A DNA stretch of 20,000 bases from an uncultured virus (IMG/VR IMGVR_UViG_3300026095_000001). Lineage: Duplodnaviria > Heunggongvirae > Uroviricota > Caudoviricetes > Crassvirales. The position numbers and the translations under genes are program-made. Location of the stretch: the IMG/VR virus record IMGVR_UViG_3300026095_000001. One strand, 5' to 3'. How positions within the stretch are numbered: the stretch's first letter is position 1; every line of letters begins with the position of its first letter. Below, in pieces: positions 18,558 through 20,000 of this stretch. Below the pieces are notes generated by a model. It did not search any database. It was not told where the DNA came from and saw nothing but the letters and a program-made list of their open reading frames with translations.

Positions 18558-18842
18558 TTATATAGCGTTGATATCTTTCATTTGTTGCAGGCGAGAAATA
18601 ACTCCGTCGCGCATTTCTTTCCCATATCCTTCGAATACATTTTCATTGAGCAAATGTATGACCCGATCATGGGGCATTCCATTTTGGACCAAATCCTTAT
18701 AAAGTGTGATCCAGCATGGAACCATATTGTTATCATGTAGTTTTTCGAAAATAATGGCAAGCGGAATGCCTTGGCTATGATACATAGCTCCTATGCCGTT
18801 CATAACGGGCTTCCCGTCCTTAGTGATGCCGACTTGCTTCAT
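18558..18842 (-). CDS. Small inverted accessory gene resembling the 'LYDTYGFP' helical segment of alanyl-tRNA synthetase
   Basis: 94 aa filling the gap between + strand genes. NGIGAMYHSQGIPLAIIFEKLHDNNMVPCW aligns by eye with the AlaRS pattern G..AF.LYDTYGFP.DL......E.N..VD. Confidence 0.6.
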   Translation of the reverse strand: MKQVGITKDGKPVMNGIGAMYHSQGIPLAIIFEKLHDNNMVPCWITLYKDLVQNGMPHDRVIHLLNENVFEGYGKEMRDGVISRLQQMKDINAI

Positions 18843-18862
18843 GAGTTACAGGTTTTATGATG

Positions 18863-18943
18863 AAAAAGAAGCCAACCCTTTCACATAGTCAAGTTGGCTT
18901 CTGATAAAAAGAACTAATCCTATTGCTAGGCGTCTCAAAGATA
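18863..18943 (-). ncRNA. Candidate sRNA unit 1 (promoter + ~70-nt RNA + terminator)
   Basis: Minus strand: TATCTTTG at 18943-18936 with TTG 18 nt upstream; CCTA-GCAA-TAGG hairpin; 10-bp terminator stem 18902-18893/18876-18867 followed by a U-tract. Confidence 0.55.
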
Positions 18944-18959
18944 AGGAGTTCCCTCGAAT

Positions 18960-19044
18960 AACAAGAAAGCCCCATTGAAATGGGGCTCGATATCTCTAAC
19001 CAAAGTAACGGTCTCTTGCTGAGACAATACTTATGGCAAATATA
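18960..19044 (-). ncRNA. Candidate sRNA unit 2
   Basis: Minus strand: TATATTTG at 19044-19037; GTCTC-AGCAA-GAGAC hairpin; single-stranded GTTACTTTGGTTAGAG; 8-bp terminator stem 18987-18980/18975-18968 followed by TTCTTGTT. Confidence 0.6.
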
Positions 19045-19061
19045 ATATGATTAAATGACAC

Positions 19062-19151
19062 AAAAGGCGGGAGCTGTAGAAACAGCCCCCTAGTTTTAAA
19101 CTATAGACCCGTTGCGCTTATGAAGCAGCCCGGTCTGAGGCTGTAAATATA
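19062..19151 (-). ncRNA. Candidate sRNA unit 3
   Basis: Minus strand: TATATTTA at 19151-19144 with TTTG 18 nt upstream. Terminator GGGGGCTGT-ttct-ACAGCTCCC-gccTTTT, whose G-U pair works only on the minus strand. Confidence 0.5.
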
Positions 19152-19161
19152 TATAAAAAGG

Positions 19162-19626
19162 ATGAAAGACAAAATAACAGCTGAACGCATCGAACAATTG
19201 CACCCCGATGTACGCGAGCGCTTCACAGATTTCATCAATGAAGTAGAACAAACACTGGGTGTCACAATTCGGATGGAGCCGCCGCTGCGGACGTTCGCCG
19301 AACAACAGGCCATTTGGGACAGAGGGCGGACCATGCCGGGGAAGATCGTAACCTGGGCTCCTCCTGGCAGCTCGTATCATAACTATGGGCTGGCCGCTGA
19401 TCTTTGCCCTTTCAAAGCAGACTACAGTGACCTGGATTGGAACTATGATTTCAGCAAGTGGAAATCCATTGCTACAAAGCATGGCCTTACCTGGGGCGGC
19501 GACTTTCCCAAAGGGAAGACAGACCCGGATCATTTCCAATATACGGCGGGCCACAACTGGCGCGACTTGCTGCATAAATACGAGACGAAAGACTTCCTAC
19601 CGGGGACGGAGTATGTGAAGCTGTGA
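19162..19626 (+). CDS. Endolysin, M15 family (L-Ala-D-Glu peptidase, CwlK/Ply500-like)
   Basis: Zn-peptidase motifs R.FAEQ....RGRT.PGKIVT.A.PG.SYHNYGLAAD and WGGDF....DPDHFQ. Confidence 0.92.
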   Translation: MKDKITAERIEQLHPDVRERFTDFINEVEQTLGVTIRMEPPLRTFAEQQAIWDRGRTMPGKIVTWAPPGSSYHNYGLAADLCPFKADYSDLDWNYDFSKWKSIATKHGLTWGGDFPKGKTDPDHFQYTAGHNWRDLLHKYETKDFLPGTEYVKL

Positions 19627-19660
19627 AATAAAAGAAGGTCCCCGAAATGGGGACCTTCTT
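19626..19660. terminator. Bidirectional terminator between the endolysin and the integrase
   Basis: Perfect 12-bp inverted repeat AAGAAGGTCCCC-gaaat-GGGGACCTTCTT (19632-19660) between convergent genes. The U-tract is stronger on the minus strand. Confidence 0.85.
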
Positions 19661-19706
19661 ACGAAAAAATCAACATGCCTGTGGAGGGGATAAAGATACG
19701 GTTTTT

Positions 19707-20000
19707 TTAGAACTTCCGGCGCACGTCGTGGCGAACCCTGTCCAGTCTCAGCCCCAGCCCCTTCGATAAGTACCGCTCCGTCATGCTGGGCTTACTATGC
19801 CCACAAAGCTGCTGAATGGCGGCAAGAGCGATACCTTCCTGCCAGAGATGAATGCACCGTGTATGTTTGAAACAATAGGGGGTTAGCCGATCATCCAGCC
19901 CGTGCGGCTCCCGCACCTGCATCCGGAAAACTTCAGAATAAAACGACTCCCGGATGGGCTTCGGTCCTGGCGGACCGTCCTCTCCAAAGATGTAATATTC
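19707..20000 (-). CDS. int: Tyrosine recombinase/integrase, C-terminal part (5' end outside the window)
   Basis: Frame open to the window edge: EYYIFG...YCFKHT...IQQLCGHSKPSMTERY, giving the box II motifs and the catalytic Tyr. Confidence 0.9.
   Translation of the reverse strand, partial: EYYIFGEDGPPGPKPIRESFYSEVFRMQVREPHGLDDRLTPYCFKHTRCIHLWQEGIALAAIQQLCGHSKPSMTERYLSKGLGLRLDRVRHDVRRKF

Larger units (their letters stand above)
1..20000. mobile_element. Temperate tailed phage / prophage segment (head, fibre, lysis and integrase modules), probable Bacteroidota host
   Basis: Co-oriented, tightly packed TerL-portal-scaffold-capsid-fibre-holin-endolysin genes followed by a convergent tyrosine integrase. 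No host housekeeping genes and no att site are visible. Confidence 0.93.

Noticed and set aside
18860..19160. CRISPR-like or REP-like array
   Set aside because: The ~100-bp periodicity is architectural only; there are no identical direct repeats.
19096..19575. 159-aa minus-strand ORF and the other long antisense ORFs (e.g. 7486..8172, 12750..13262)
   Set aside because: They are shadows of well-supported + strand genes, with no motifs or initiation context.

Overview
The whole window is the late (virion and lysis) region of a temperate podovirus-like phage or prophage, most likely of a Bacteroidota host. The host call rests on TAnnTTTG promoter motifs, A-rich starts lacking Shine-Dalgarno sequences, and signal peptides cleaved before Gln. 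The + strand order is: a 5'-truncated giant virion/ejection ('polyvalent'-type) protein, a 196-aa protein, large terminase, portal, a 108-aa protein, scaffold, major capsid, a 295-aa protein, two fibre-like proteins, an exported Ig/PKD-like protein, three small membrane proteins (holin candidates), a 152-aa protein and an M15 endolysin. The - strand carries a 94-aa gene resembling a helical segment of alanyl-tRNA synthetase and the 3' end of a tyrosine integrase. The most unusual observations are: (1) a histidine-phosphatase domain inside the giant virion protein; (2) a 47-aa 'MPFKSKAQ...' gene, absent from the ORF track, overprinted in the +1 frame of that protein, with a second +1 candidate on the other side of the phosphatase; (3) a tandem array of minus-strand promoter-seed-terminator units (candidate sRNAs) in the lysis region; (4) a 3'-UTR element complementary to the translation-initiation regions of its own gene and of the scaffold gene; (5) a tail-fibre-like protein with a Sec signal peptide. 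All family assignments come from motif recognition by eye, not from database searches.
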